64,000 bases of DNA. It comes from Burkholderiales bacterium (GTDB taxonomy: Bacteria; Pseudomonadota; Gammaproteobacteria; Burkholderiales; Ga0077523). Positions 9,936 through 20,054 of this stretch are shown here, in pieces; positions within the stretch are counted from its first letter, which is position 1; each line of letters opens with the position of its first letter. The notes beneath the pieces are model-generated. The model was given only the letters and a program-made list of their open reading frames with translations. It was not told where the DNA came from and did not search any database. The position numbers and the translations under genes are program-made. The stretch is taken from assembly GCA_022843925.1 (NCBI GenBank), contig JALHMS010000017.1:53674-117673 (forward strand). The letters run 5' to 3'.

Positions 9936-10739
9936 ATGAACAAGCCGGAACAGATCGTCATCCCCGACGTGCAGAGCAGCGCGGACACCAGGCGCATCGC
10001 CATCGATCGGGTGGGCATCAAATCGATCCGCCATCCGGTGCGGGTGCGCGATCGCAACGGCGGCGTGCAACACACCGTCGCCCACTTCAACATGTACGTG
10101 CACCTGCCCCACAACTTCAAGGGCACGCACATGTCGCGTTTCGTGGAGATCCTGAACGTCCATGAGGGAGAGATCTCCGTCGAATCGTTCGAGCCCATGC
10201 TCCGCCACATGGTCGAGCGCCTCGAGGCGCAGTCGGGTCATGTGGAGATGACCTTCCCGTACTTCGTGGACAAGGCGGCGCCCGTATCGGGTGTGAAGAG
10301 CCTGCTCGACTACGAGGTGACCTTCGTCGGTGACATCGTCGAGGGCGAGTACCGCTTCACGATGAAGGTCGTGGTGCCCGTGACGAGCCTGTGCCCGTGC
10401 TCCAAGAAGATCTCCGACTACGGTGCGCACAACCAGCGCTCCCACGTCACGATCACCGCGACGACCGGAGGCTTCGTGTGGATCGAGGATCTCGTGCGGA
10501 TCGCCGAGGACCAGGCGTCGTGCGAGCTGTACGGCCTCCTGAAGCGGCCCGACGAGAAGTACGTCACCGAGCGCGCCTACGACAATCCGAAGTTCGTGGA
10601 AGACATGGTGCGCGACGTCGCGACGGCGCTGAACAACGACGACCGGGTCCTGGCCTACGTGGTGGAATCCGAGAACTTCGAGTCCATCCACAACCACTCG
10701 GCCTATGCCCTCATCGAGCGCGACAAGCGCGTCGCCTGA
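9936..10739 (+). CDS. folE2: GTP cyclohydrolase IB
   Basis: [33 protein letters not shown]; GAGG RBS. Confidence 0.95.
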   Translation: MNKPEQIVIPDVQSSADTRRIAIDRVGIKSIRHPVRVRDRNGGVQHTVAHFNMYVHLPHNFKGTHMSRFVEILNVHEGEISVESFEPMLRHMVERLEAQSGHVEMTFPYFVDKAAPVSGVKSLLDYEVTFVGDIVEGEYRFTMKVVVPVTSLCPCSKKISDYGAHNQRSHVTITATTGGFVWIEDLVRIAEDQASCELYGLLKRPDEKYVTERAYDNPKFVEDMVRDVATALNNDDRVLAYVVESENFESIHNHSAYALIERDKRVA

Positions 10740-10776
10740 GGCCTCCGCCCCCGCTTCGCCGCCGGGGCAATCAACG

Positions 10777-11418
10777 TCAGTACCGCAGGGTCATCGTGAG
10801 CTGCGAACCCTGGTTCCGCAGATCAAGCCGGTTCAGGAAGCTCATGCCGAGGAGCGCGAAGGGCATGTCGTTGCTGGCGTGAACCAACGCATCGACGTTG
10901 TTCTGCACGATCCCACCCACCTTCACGGAGTCGAGCTTCACTCGGTACACGACCGCCGCCCCATTGGCGGTATTGCTGATGCCGCGCTCGCCGCGCGTGA
11001 AGTCGATACCGAGCCGCCGGGCGTCGCTGGTACCGAGCGACACCATCGTCGCCCCGGTGTCGACGAGGAAGCGGATCGGCATTCCGTTGATCGAACCCTC
11101 CGCCATGTAGTGGCCGCCATGGTCCGCATTGAGCACCACCGTGGGGCGCTTGCCGGTCTCGAAGTTGCCGCCGAAGGATTGCGAGCCCATGCCCAGCTGA
11201 CGGCGCTTGCCGTCGATCTCGAAGGTGGCGACCTCGGACGTGGCCGAGATCAGCTTGACCGTGCCGACGCTCTCGCCGTTGGCCAGCGTCTTCGGGCGTC
11301 CCCCGTCGATGATCACGATGGCCTTGCCGTTGAAGAGGCCGGCGACCTCGACCTGCACCGCGAAGGCCGACGCGAGAGGAACGAGACTTGCGAGCGCGAC
11401 TGCAATAGCCTTCGCCAT
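10777..11418 (-). CDS. Clan AA aspartic protease (TIGR02281-like), secreted
   Basis: FLVDTGAT catalytic motif, LLGMSFL; signal peptide from MAKAIAV. Confidence 0.88.
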   Translation of the reverse strand: MAKAIAVALASLVPLASAFAVQVEVAGLFNGKAIVIIDGGRPKTLANGESVGTVKLISATSEVATFEIDGKRRQLGMGSQSFGGNFETGKRPTVVLNADHGGHYMAEGSINGMPIRFLVDTGATMVSLGTSDARRLGIDFTRGERGISNTANGAAVVYRVKLDSVKVGGIVQNNVDALVHASNDMPFALLGMSFLNRLDLRNQGSQLTMTLRY

Positions 11419-11455
11419 CGAACCGCGTTTCCCCAGCCAACCCGACTTCGCCGCC

Positions 11456-12163
11456 ATGAAACCCGTCGCCATATTTCGCCACTCCCCCACGGAAGGTCCG
11501 GGCTACTTCGCCGAGCACCTCGATGCCCGAAATGTACCTTGGAAACTGATCGCAATCGACGCGGGGGATCCGATCCCAGGCTCGTCGACCGACTACGCCG
11601 GCCTCGTCTTCATGGGCGGGCCCATGAGCGTCAACGACGACCTCCCGTGGATCCCCCCGGTACTCGCACTCATCCGGGACGCCGCCGCTTCGAACGTGCC
11701 TGTGCTCGGCCACTGCCTGGGCGGCCAGTTGATGTCGAAAGCCCTCGGCGGCGTGGTGACCGGCAACCCGACCAAGGAGATCGGCTGGGGCGAGATCACC
11801 GTCGAGGACAACCCGGTCGCGCGGACGTGGTTCGGTGACCAGTTGAAGTCGTTCCTGTCGTTCCATTGGCACGGCGAGACCTTCTCGCTGCCGCCAGGAG
11901 CGACCCGGATCATGGCGAGCCGGTACTGCGGCAATCAGGGCTTCGCGATCGGCCCCCATCTCGGCATGCAGTGCCACGTGGAGATGACGGAGCGTCTGAT
12001 CGCCACCTGGTGCGAGCACGGAGTCGATGAAATCGTGGCGAGCGCCGGGCCGGCCGTGCAGCAGCCCGACGAAATGCAGCGTGAGGCCGAACGGCACGTG
12101 GCGGCCCTGCACGCGGTGGCGGGGCGGCTCTACGACCGCTGGATAGAGGGGTTGCGCCGCTGA
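11456..12163 (+). CDS. Type 1 glutamine amidotransferase
   Basis: MGGPMS, GHCLGGQL, QCHVE catalytic triad motifs. Confidence 0.9.
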   Translation: MKPVAIFRHSPTEGPGYFAEHLDARNVPWKLIAIDAGDPIPGSSTDYAGLVFMGGPMSVNDDLPWIPPVLALIRDAAASNVPVLGHCLGGQLMSKALGGVVTGNPTKEIGWGEITVEDNPVARTWFGDQLKSFLSFHWHGETFSLPPGATRIMASRYCGNQGFAIGPHLGMQCHVEMTERLIATWCEHGVDEIVASAGPAVQQPDEMQREAERHVAALHAVAGRLYDRWIEGLRR

Positions 12164-12615
12164 TGGCGGGCGATGGCGCGCGAGGGCGCCTGCTGGTTGC
12201 CGCGCAGTTCGCGCTGCTCGCGGTTTGGCTCGTGGCGGGGCCTCGCGTTTCGTCCCAAGCCATCGGGATCCTCCTGCAGCTCGGCGGTCTTGCCATTGCC
12301 GCGTGGGCCTTCGTCGTGATGACCGCGGCACAGCGTCGCCTCTTCCGCATCGCGCCCGATCCGACCGGACACTCGACGCTCGTCACCTGGGGGCCCTACC
12401 GCTGGATGCGGCATCCGATGTATTCGGCAATCCTCCTGGTGGTCGGGCCGGCCTGGATCGCGGTCCCGCCCGACTGGAGGGCGATCGGCTTCGCAGCGCT
12501 CGCGGTCGTGCTCGTGACCAAGCTGCGGCACGAAGAGCGTCTGCTGGCCGGGCACTTCGATGGCTACGCCGCGTACTGCAAGACATCGTCCCGCTTGATA
12601 CCCGGCCTGTACTGA
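12163..12615 (+). CDS. Isoprenylcysteine carboxyl methyltransferase/PEMT-family membrane protein
   Basis: GPYRWMRHPMY, EERLL...Y..Y...RLIP. Confidence 0.85.
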   Translation: MAGDGARGRLLVAAQFALLAVWLVAGPRVSSQAIGILLQLGGLAIAAWAFVVMTAAQRRLFRIAPDPTGHSTLVTWGPYRWMRHPMYSAILLVVGPAWIAVPPDWRAIGFAALAVVLVTKLRHEERLLAGHFDGYAAYCKTSSRLIPGLY

Positions 12616-12646
12616 CCCGGCAACCCGCCCGCGCGCGGGCATCGGA

Positions 12647-13132
12647 TCACTCGCGGAAGTTCTCGTACTGCAACGGGAAGTCGGTGATCGATGATTTCAC
12701 CAGCGCGATGGCTTCCTGCAGCGTGTCTCGCTTGGCACCCGAGACGCGCACGGCATCGCCCTGGATCGATGCCTGGACCTTCATCTTGCTGTCCTTCAGC
12801 AGGCGGACGATCTTCTTCGCGAGTTCCGTCTCGACGCCGGTGCGCACCGTGATGATCTGCTTCAGCTTGCCGCCGCTGATCTTCTCTGGCGTTTCGTACT
12901 TCAGGCTGCGCACGTCGACTGCGCGCTTCGCGAGCTTGGTCGTGAGGACGTCCCGCACCTGCGAGAGCTTGAAGTCGTCGTCCGCGAACGCGGTGATGAC
13001 GTTCTCGGCCAGCTCGACGCGGGCATCGGAGCCCTTGAAGTCGAACCGGTTGCCGACTTCCTTGTTCGTCTGGTCGACGGCGTTGCGGAGTTCCTGCGTG
13101 TCCACCTCGGACACGATGTCGAAAGAAGGCAT
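12647..13132 (-). CDS. yajQ: YajQ-family nucleotide/c-di-GMP-binding protein
   Basis: [11 protein letters not shown]...RFDFKG...QYENFRE; GGAGG RBS. Confidence 0.95.
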   Translation of the reverse strand: MPSFDIVSEVDTQELRNAVDQTNKEVGNRFDFKGSDARVELAENVITAFADDDFKLSQVRDVLTTKLAKRAVDVRSLKYETPEKISGGKLKQIITVRTGVETELAKKIVRLLKDSKMKVQASIQGDAVRVSGAKRDTLQEAIALVKSSITDFPLQYENFRE

Positions 13133-13163
13133 GGGCTTTCCTCCTTTGGGATGAAGCGGTGGA

Positions 13164-13745
13164 TCAGCGGCCCGCCGCCAGCGGGATGGTGAACGATTCC
13201 ACGGGGGCGCCGGTACCGTCGTCGAATTCGATGGCTGCCAGGATGCCGTGGCGGGCGACGGCCTCGGCGTCGAGATCGTCGCGACCATACACCGTCCAAA
13301 GCGCCCCGAGCGCGTAGTCACCGCCGCTGCCGTACGCGTAGAAGCGGGAGAACTCCTGCACCGTGCGCTGACCCGACACACCGAAGATGCCGTGCGGGTT
13401 GGCGATCAGCACATCCAGCCGCGTGGACTCGATGGCGTCCTCCTTGTCCTCCTCGGCCTGCAGGAAGTAGCGCTCCTTGAACTCGCCGTGCATCCGGTTC
13501 CAGGTGCGGAAGATGTCCCCCACGGAATCGAGGGCGGGCGGCGTGTCGAAGCTTCCGAAGTAGTCGTCGACGATGTGCTTGAACGTCGCATTCCCCGTCA
13601 CCGCGAGCAGGCTGTCACCCACCCGCAGGATCTTCGTGTGGTTCACCACGTACTCGGCGGACTCCTTGGCCGGACCCCACTTCGTGAGGGTGTCGCCGGC
13701 GATGGCGACCACCCCCTTCTTGCGCACGACGGCGATCGTGGTCAT
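13164..13745 (-). CDS. Ntn-hydrolase, Betaproteobacterial proteasome homolog (BPH)/HslV-like
   Basis: N-terminal M-T-T-I nucleophile, AGD, GSG..YALGAL, D..TG; context with argF/argG/ppnP. Confidence 0.8.
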   Translation of the reverse strand: MTTIAVVRKKGVVAIAGDTLTKWGPAKESAEYVVNHTKILRVGDSLLAVTGNATFKHIVDDYFGSFDTPPALDSVGDIFRTWNRMHGEFKERYFLQAEEDKEDAIESTRLDVLIANPHGIFGVSGQRTVQEFSRFYAYGSGGDYALGALWTVYGRDDLDAEAVARHGILAAIEFDDGTGAPVESFTIPLAAGR

Positions 13746-14056
13746 CAGCCGAAGTGGCAGACGTAGTCGAGCGTCTCGAGGGTCTCGATCTCGAACGACG
13801 CGTTGCCCGGCACGCTGAACTGCTCGCCGGCGCCGAACGTCTTCCATTCCATGGCGCCGGGCAGCTTCACGCGGCAGCGGCCCCCGTTCAGTTCCATGAT
13901 CTCGGGGGCGCCGGTGTTGAAGGTGAGCGTGCTCGGGAAGATCACGCCGACGCTCTTCCGGGTGCCGTCGGCGAACACGACGTTGTGGCTCACGCACTTG
14001 CCGTCGAAGTAGATGTTGGCTTTCTTGACGACCGTGACGTTGTCGAACTTGTCCAT
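13745..14056 (-). CDS. ppnP: Pyrimidine/purine nucleoside phosphorylase (DUF1255)
   Basis: [14 protein letters not shown]...DYVCHF. Confidence 0.92.
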   Translation of the reverse strand: MDKFDNVTVVKKANIYFDGKCVSHNVVFADGTRKSVGVIFPSTLTFNTGAPEIMELNGGRCRVKLPGAMEWKTFGAGEQFSVPGNASFEIETLETLDYVCHFG

Positions 14057-14064
14057 GATGTTTC

Positions 14065-15381
14065 CTAGCGGGAGGTGGTGCGCTTTGCTGCCGGCTTCTT
14101 GGCGGCAGCCGCCTTCGGCTTCGCGGCGGGCGCCGCCTTCTTCGCTGCGGAGGTCCGCGTCGGGCTGCGACGATTGGCGGCGATGCGCATCCGCAGGGCG
14201 TTCAGCTTGATGAAGCCGCCGGCGTCGGCCTGGTTGTAGGCGCCGCCGTCGTCGTCGAACGTGGAGATGCGCATGTCGAAGAGGGACTCCTTCGACGAGC
14301 GGCCCACGCACATGATCGTGCCCTTGTAGAGCTTCAGTCGGACGAGGCCGTTGACGCGTTCCTGCGAGGCGTCGATCAGCTGCTGGAGCAGCTCGCGCTC
14401 CGGGCTGTACCAGTAGCCGTTGTAGATCATGCGGGCGTACCGGGGCATGAGGTCATCCTTCAGCGACAGCACCTCGCGGTCCATCGTGATGGATTCGATC
14501 GCGCGGTGCGCCTTCAGCATGATCGTGCCGCCGGGGGTCTCGTAGCAGCCGCGGGACTTCATGCCGACGTAGCGGTTCTCGACCATGTCGAGGCGACCGA
14601 TGCCGTGGCGACCGCCGATCGTGTTGAGCGTCGCGAGCACGTTGGCCGGCGACAGGCGCTTGCCGTCGATGGAGACGATATCGCCCTTCTCGTAGCCCAG
14701 CTCGATGATCTGCGGCTTCGCGGGTGCCTTCTCGGGCGACACGGTCAGGCGCCACATGGAATCCTCGGGCGCGAAGTCCGGATCCTCGAGGATCCCGCCC
14801 TCGTACGAGATGTGCAGCAGGTTGGCGTCCATGGAGTAGGGCGCGCCGCCGCCCTTGCGCTTCTTGAAGTCGACCGGGATGCCATGCTTGTCGGCGTAGG
14901 CGAGCAGCTTGTCGCGCGAGAGGAGATCCCACTCGCGCCACGGCGCGATGACCTTCACGTTGGGCATCAGTGCATAGGCACCCAGCTCGAAGCGGACCTG
15001 GTCATTGCCCTTGCCCGTGGCGCCGTGCGAGATCGCGTCGGCCCCCACCTTGCGGGCGATCTGCACCATGTTCTTCGCGATCAGCGGCCGCGCGATCGAC
15101 GTGCCGAGCAGGTACTCTCCCTCGTACACGGTGTTGGCGCGGAACATGGGGAAGACGAAGTCGCGGACGAACTCCTCGCGGAGGTCCTCGATGAAGATGT
15201 TCTCCTTCTTGATGCCGAGCGCGATCGCCTTCTTGCGGGCGGGTTCCACCTCTTCGCCCTGGCCGATGTCGGCGGTGAACGTCACCACCTCGCACTGGTA
15301 GACGTCCTGGAGCCACTTCAGGATCACGGAGGTGTCCAGCCCGCCCGAATAGGCGAGCACGACTTTCTTGATGGCGCTCAT
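14065..15381 (-). CDS. argG: Argininosuccinate synthase with Lys/Ala-rich C-terminal tail
   Basis: [40 protein letters not shown]. Confidence 0.97.
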   Translation of the reverse strand: MSAIKKVVLAYSGGLDTSVILKWLQDVYQCEVVTFTADIGQGEEVEPARKKAIALGIKKENIFIEDLREEFVRDFVFPMFRANTVYEGEYLLGTSIARPLIAKNMVQIARKVGADAISHGATGKGNDQVRFELGAYALMPNVKVIAPWREWDLLSRDKLLAYADKHGIPVDFKKRKGGGAPYSMDANLLHISYEGGILEDPDFAPEDSMWRLTVSPEKAPAKPQIIELGYEKGDIVSIDGKRLSPANVLATLNTIGGRHGIGRLDMVENRYVGMKSRGCYETPGGTIMLKAHRAIESITMDREVLSLKDDLMPRYARMIYNGYWYSPERELLQQLIDASQERVNGLVRLKLYKGTIMCVGRSSKESLFDMRISTFDDDGGAYNQADAGGFIKLNALRMRIAANRRSPTRTSAAKKAAPAAKPKAAAAKKPAAKRTTSR

Positions 15382-15486
15382 GTCGATGGGTCTCGATGGG
15401 AGTGAAAACGGTCGGGGGCGCGCGGCAGATCGACGGCGGCGGGGAATGCGTCCGCGTGCGGTCCGGATGCGTCCACCCCCGGGGAA

Positions 15487-15993
15487 TCAGGTCTTGTTGG
15501 GGTCGTTCTTCTCTTCGCGCTGGAAGTCGCCGTCGATCCACTGCCCGCGGAGCACCTTGCCCTCCGGGGTGCGATAGCTGCCGAATCCGTGGGGCTTGCC
15601 GTTCTTCCAGCCGCCCTTGTACACGCTGCCGTCCGGCGCGAAGTAGCTGCCTTCGCCCTCCTGGCGGCTGGCCTTCCATTCGCCTTCGTAGCGTCCGCCG
15701 TCCGTATGCGTCATCACTCCGACGCCTTCGGCGTAGCCGCGGGCCATCTCGCCTTCGTACTTCTCGTCGGCGATGCCGGACTGGTACCACTGCAGGACGC
15801 CCTTGCCTTCGGTGAAGCCGTCACGGCAGGCGCCGGTCCAGGTGACCGTCTCCTCGGCGCGCGGCGCCGGGTTCACGACGCGGCAGCCGTTCTGGTCGGT
15901 GATGGTCTTCTCGTCGTCGTCCGCCGCATGGGCGGTGAATGCGGTCAGCGCGATGGCCAACGTGGCGAGGGTGCGTGTGAGGGTCGTATTCAT
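15487..15993 (-). CDS. Secreted MORN-repeat protein
   Basis: Signal peptide; repeated YEGE...GxG MORN units. Confidence 0.85.
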   Translation of the reverse strand: MNTTLTRTLATLAIALTAFTAHAADDDEKTITDQNGCRVVNPAPRAEETVTWTGACRDGFTEGKGVLQWYQSGIADEKYEGEMARGYAEGVGVMTHTDGGRYEGEWKASRQEGEGSYFAPDGSVYKGGWKNGKPHGFGSYRTPEGKVLRGQWIDGDFQREEKNDPNKT

Positions 15994-16125
15994 GCCGTAT
16001 CTCCGGGAATCATGGAATGGGCCTCCCTGGGGCCCGCGGCTGGTCTTGCGCCAGTCATGCGGATGAAGCTGCACTGCAGATTGTGAAACGGACTCTGGGT
16101 CATGGGCTGCCAGGTGGCGCGTGTC

Positions 16126-17049
16126 TCAGCTGTCGATCCTTCCGAGCAGAAGGTACTCGAGCAGCGCCTTCTGCGTGTGCATGCGGTTGCCGGCCTCGTC
16201 CCAGACGACGCTGTGGGGGCCGTCGATCACTTCGGCGGTGACCTCCTCGCCGCGGTGCGCAGGCAGGCAGTGCATGAACAGTGCGCCGGGTTTCGCGACG
16301 CGCATCATGTCGGCGTCGACCTGCCAGTCGTGGAAGTCGCGGCAGCGTTCCTCGTTCTCGGCCTCGAATCCCATGCTCGTCCAGACGTCGGTGGTCACCA
16401 GGTCGGCATTGCGGGCGGCATCCATCGGATCGCCGAAGTGCTCGTAGTGATCGGTCCCGTAGAGGCCGGCGCGCTCGGGTTCGACCTCGTAGCCCGGCGG
16501 TGTGGAGACGTGGACGTTGAAGTCCAGCAGTTCCGCGGCCTGCAACCACGTGTTGCAGACGTTGTTCGAGTCGCCGATCCAGGCGACGGTCTTCCCGCGG
16601 ATGTCGCCGCGGTGCTCGATGAACGTGTAGATGTCGGCCATGATCTGGCAGGGGTGGTACTCGTTCGTGAGCCCGTTGATCACGGGAACGCGCGAATGGC
16701 GCGCGAAGCGTTCGATGATCTCCTGCTCGAACGTGCGGATCATCACCGCGTCGCACATGCGGGACATCACTTGCGCGGCGTCCTCGACGGGCTCGCCGCG
16801 GCCCAACTGGGTGTCGCGTGTGTTCAGGTAGATCGCGCTGCCGCCCAGTTGCTGCATGCCGGCCTCGAAGGAGAGGCGGGTCCGGGTGGAAGCCTTCTCG
16901 AAGATCATCACCAACGTGCGGTCGGTGAGCGGCCAGTAGCGCTCGTAGCGCTGATAGCGATCCTTGATGATCCGGGTCCGCGTGAAGACGTGATCGAATT
17001 CCTCGCGGGTCAGATCCTTGAATTGGAGAAAATGCTTCGGGGTCGACAT
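16126..17049 (-). CDS. argF: Ornithine carbamoyltransferase
   Basis: STRTR, HPCQ, SMG, HCLP; start may be 17076 or 17058. Confidence 0.96.
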   Translation of the reverse strand: MSTPKHFLQFKDLTREEFDHVFTRTRIIKDRYQRYERYWPLTDRTLVMIFEKASTRTRLSFEAGMQQLGGSAIYLNTRDTQLGRGEPVEDAAQVMSRMCDAVMIRTFEQEIIERFARHSRVPVINGLTNEYHPCQIMADIYTFIEHRGDIRGKTVAWIGDSNNVCNTWLQAAELLDFNVHVSTPPGYEVEPERAGLYGTDHYEHFGDPMDAARNADLVTTDVWTSMGFEAENEERCRDFHDWQVDADMMRVAKPGALFMHCLPAHRGEEVTAEVIDGPHSVVWDEAGNRMHTQKALLEYLLLGRIDS

Positions 17050-17339
17050 GGGTGGCATCGCCCCGTGGCCTGGCATCAGCCGGCCACGGCAGCGGGTTCC
17101 TGGCTGCGCACGAACGTGCGGGTGATGGCGGAGGGGCGCGGGAAGACCGGCTGCGCCCCGGCGTGGAGTCTGTGGAGGAGCGGCGTCCGGATGCCTCCGC
17201 CGGCGCAGTCCGACGCCATCGTGGCGTGGTGCTGCTGCTTCGTCGGGAGGCTGTGCATCGGGGACGGTGCTGGCAGTGATGGCATTACTGGCAGTGGTCT
17301 CAGTGGTCTCGACAGGCGGCGCCCCGGGATGGGCACGGG

Positions 17340-17371
17340 GAAAAAAATACGGCGGCTCGTGTGCCGCCGTG
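17340..17371 (-). terminator. Intrinsic terminator after decarboxylase gene
   Basis: Minus strand ACGGCGGC-ACACGA-GCCGCCGT followed by ATTTTTTT. Confidence 0.7.
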
Positions 17372-17443
17372 TCCGGGATGATTCCACACGGTATTTTGCC
17401 CGTTCCTTCCATCGAAGCAAGGGGAAGATGGGCTCGGGCGTGC

Positions 17444-19414
17444 TCATGGGGCCAGGGGTTGGAGCGCCGCTTCCTCCGCACGGGTGACCACGCGCAGGCA
17501 GGCGCGGTGTCCGACGGTGACCAGTCCGTGGATCTCCTCCCGCCGCGGCGACCGCAGCAGGCCCGCGAGATAGGCGAGGAGGTCCGCCGTGATGACCTGC
17601 CCTGGAACCACCACCGGGATGCCCGGAGGGTAGGGCACGACGGCATCGGCGGCGACGCGTCCCACGAGCGCGGCGTCGGGTCGGTCCTCGTCGTCGAGCA
17701 GCGGCAGCCGCTCGCCCTCTGTGTAGAACGCGTCGCGGGGCAGCAGGCGAAGCCCGCCGAAGCGCGGCAACTCCGGCAGCCGGCGCGGAGCGAGCGGTGG
17801 CCGGCGCTCCCGCGCGATCCGCATGAAGGCATCGTAGAGGCGCGAGACCTTGCTGCGCGTGGTGCCGATGGTCAACAGCAGCGACACCGTCCGGAAGGTC
17901 GATTTCTCGACCTGGATGCCGAAGCGATCGAAGAGCTCGCGCTGCAGTTCGTCGGACGTATGGCCGCAGGCGGCGATGTCGACGGTGATCTTCGTGGGGT
18001 CGAGCCGGATGCCGTCGTCCGCCAGTGCCGGCGAGATGAGATCCTCGAGCGCGAGTGCGCGGAACACGCCCGTCGCATTCAGCTGCTGGCGGAGTTCGGC
18101 GGCCAGGGCCAGGGTGCGCGACAGCAGGCGGAACCCCTCGAGTGACGCCTGCTTCCGGGCCACGTCGAGGCTCGCGATCATCGCGTACTGCGGGCTCGTC
18201 GACGTGTGCATCATGAAGTTCTCGCGGAACCCGTGCTCGTCGAAATCGGGGTCGTTGACGTGGATCATCGAGGCCTGGGAGAACGCGGAGAGCACCTTGT
18301 GCGTGCTCTGCGTCGCGTAGTCGGCACCGGCCTCGAGCGCCGTCGGACGGAACGCGGGATGGAACCGTGCGAAGCCGTACCAGGCCTCGTCGATGATCAC
18401 CTTGATGCCCTTCGCGTGGGCGGCCGCGATGATCGGCGGCAGGTCGTAGCGCAGCCCGTCGTAGGTGCACGACGTGAGGATCAGCGCCGTGGCATCGGGG
18501 TGCGCCTCGATGGCGTCGAGAAGCGTCGCTTTCGGGACGGGTCCGTAGAGCCCGTAGAGGGGATTGACCGAAGCGTCGAGGTAGACCGGTCGCGCGCCCG
18601 ACAGCACGACCCCGTGGTGGACGGACTTGTGGCAGTTGCGGTCGAGCAGCAGCTTGTCGCCCGGCGACAGCAGGGTCTGGAAGATGATCTTGTTGCCGGT
18701 GGACGTGCCGTTCGTCGAGAAGTACGTGCGCCGGGCGCCGAACGCCCGCGCCGCGAGCTTCTGGGCGTCGGCGATCACGCCGCGGGGTTCGAGCAGCGAG
18801 TCGAGCATCGGGACCGAGACCGACAGGTCGGCGTCGAAGGCGTGTTCCCCCATGAACTCGTGGAAGTCCGCCACCCAGGGGCTGTCGCGCAGGCTGTCGC
18901 CGGAGGAGTGTCCCGGCGTGTGCCAGGCATCCTTGGCCATCAGCACGTAGCTGCGGAGCGCATCGAAGAACGGGGTCCGGGCGCGCTCTGCCAGCGCGGC
19001 CTGGATGATGCGGAACATGCCTCTCGGATCGTGTTCCTCCCGGTAGAAGTAGCCGTCCACGGTTTCCGTGAAGAGGCTGTCCACCACTTCGTCCTCCTGC
19101 GCCCGGTCGATCAGGATGAATACGTCCACCTCGGGCCGCAGCGCATTGATGCGCCGGACCAGTTCCACGGCGGAGAGGGAGGTGTCGGCGCCGGCGTCGT
19201 CGAGGTCGTAGAGGCGATCGTCGACCAGCGCGGCCTGGATGTCGCCGTCCGTCTCGATGGCGGCGATGGCCTCGGAGGCGCTGGCGACCCCGATGGCCGC
19301 GAGGCCGTACGGATTGTCGAGGCTGCGGGCTGCCGCGTTCAGGCCCCGGACGACGGAAGCGAGCGCTTTCGGCGCGTCGTTGACCACCAGGATTCGACTC
19401 GTCGGCTTGGGCAT
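17444..19414 (-). CDS. PLP-dependent Orn/Lys/Arg decarboxylase (AAT fold) with N-terminal wing/receiver-like domain
   Basis: WHTPGH, NGTS, DRNCHKSVHH, DEAW, QSTHK (PLP Lys), PYPPGIP. Confidence 0.9.
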   Translation of the reverse strand: MPKPTSRILVVNDAPKALASVVRGLNAAARSLDNPYGLAAIGVASASEAIAAIETDGDIQAALVDDRLYDLDDAGADTSLSAVELVRRINALRPEVDVFILIDRAQEDEVVDSLFTETVDGYFYREEHDPRGMFRIIQAALAERARTPFFDALRSYVLMAKDAWHTPGHSSGDSLRDSPWVADFHEFMGEHAFDADLSVSVPMLDSLLEPRGVIADAQKLAARAFGARRTYFSTNGTSTGNKIIFQTLLSPGDKLLLDRNCHKSVHHGVVLSGARPVYLDASVNPLYGLYGPVPKATLLDAIEAHPDATALILTSCTYDGLRYDLPPIIAAAHAKGIKVIIDEAWYGFARFHPAFRPTALEAGADYATQSTHKVLSAFSQASMIHVNDPDFDEHGFRENFMMHTSTSPQYAMIASLDVARKQASLEGFRLLSRTLALAAELRQQLNATGVFRALALEDLISPALADDGIRLDPTKITVDIAACGHTSDELQRELFDRFGIQVEKSTFRTVSLLLTIGTTRSKVSRLYDAFMRIARERRPPLAPRRLPELPRFGGLRLLPRDAFYTEGERLPLLDDEDRPDAALVGRVAADAVVPYPPGIPVVVPGQVITADLLAYLAGLLRSPRREEIHGLVTVGHRACLRVVTRAEEAALQPLAP

Positions 19415-19506
19415 CTGCACTCCGCAGCGCTTGGCGTGGCTTCGTTGTTCTCGGCGCTCCAGGGGGCGGGGATGGGCGAAGGCCGACGATTCCATGCGCA
19501 CAAATG

Positions 19507-19539
19507 AAAAACGCCGCCATGCTGGGCATCGGCGGCGTT
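19507..19539 (-). terminator. Intrinsic terminator after rpsT
   Basis: Minus strand AACGCCGCC...GGCGGCGTT followed by T-run. Confidence 0.7.
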
Positions 19540-19589
19540 GCTTTCGAAGGGTGCCCCACTTCGTGAGGCTCCCCGTCGCGGTTCTGGTG

Positions 19590-19853
19590 TTACACCATCG
19601 CCTTCACGGCGCCTGAGAGGCGGCTCTTCACACGGGAGGCGGTGTTCGCGTGGAACACACCCTTGCGGGAGATGGCATCGATGGTGGACTGCGCTTCCTG
19701 GAAGATCGTCTTCGCGGCGGCCTTGTCGCCTGCCAGGATGGCCTTGCGCACTTTCTTCACCGCAGTGCGCACTTCGGAGCGCAGGGCAGTGTTCTGTTGG
19801 CGCCGCGTCTCGGACTGGCGTGCGCGCTTGCGGGCTTGTGCCGAATTGGCCAT
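19590..19853 (-). CDS. rpsT: 30S ribosomal protein S20
   Basis: [13 protein letters not shown]...N.ASR.KSRL. Confidence 0.97.
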   Translation of the reverse strand: MANSAQARKRARQSETRRQQNTALRSEVRTAVKKVRKAILAGDKAAAKTIFQEAQSTIDAISRKGVFHANTASRVKSRLSGAVKAMV

Positions 19854-20054
19854 GAACTTCGATTCCTCGGGAGATTTTCGTGAAAGTGAGCGATACTAGC
19901 CGCCTTTTCCCGGTGGCGCAAGGCACGCCCGAGTGATCGGCGCGCATCTGCCGAAGTCCCGAATCGGGGCAGGGCACGTGCCTGCCGACGGGGCTTCCCG
20001 AGGATCCTCCCGCGGCTCTCCGCACCCGCCCGCCCCGCATCCGTTCCTGCCCCG

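Noticed and set aside
17076-19559. 827-aa alternative-frame ORF over the decarboxylase
   Set aside because: Arg/Pro/Gly-rich frame-shadow with no recognisable domain
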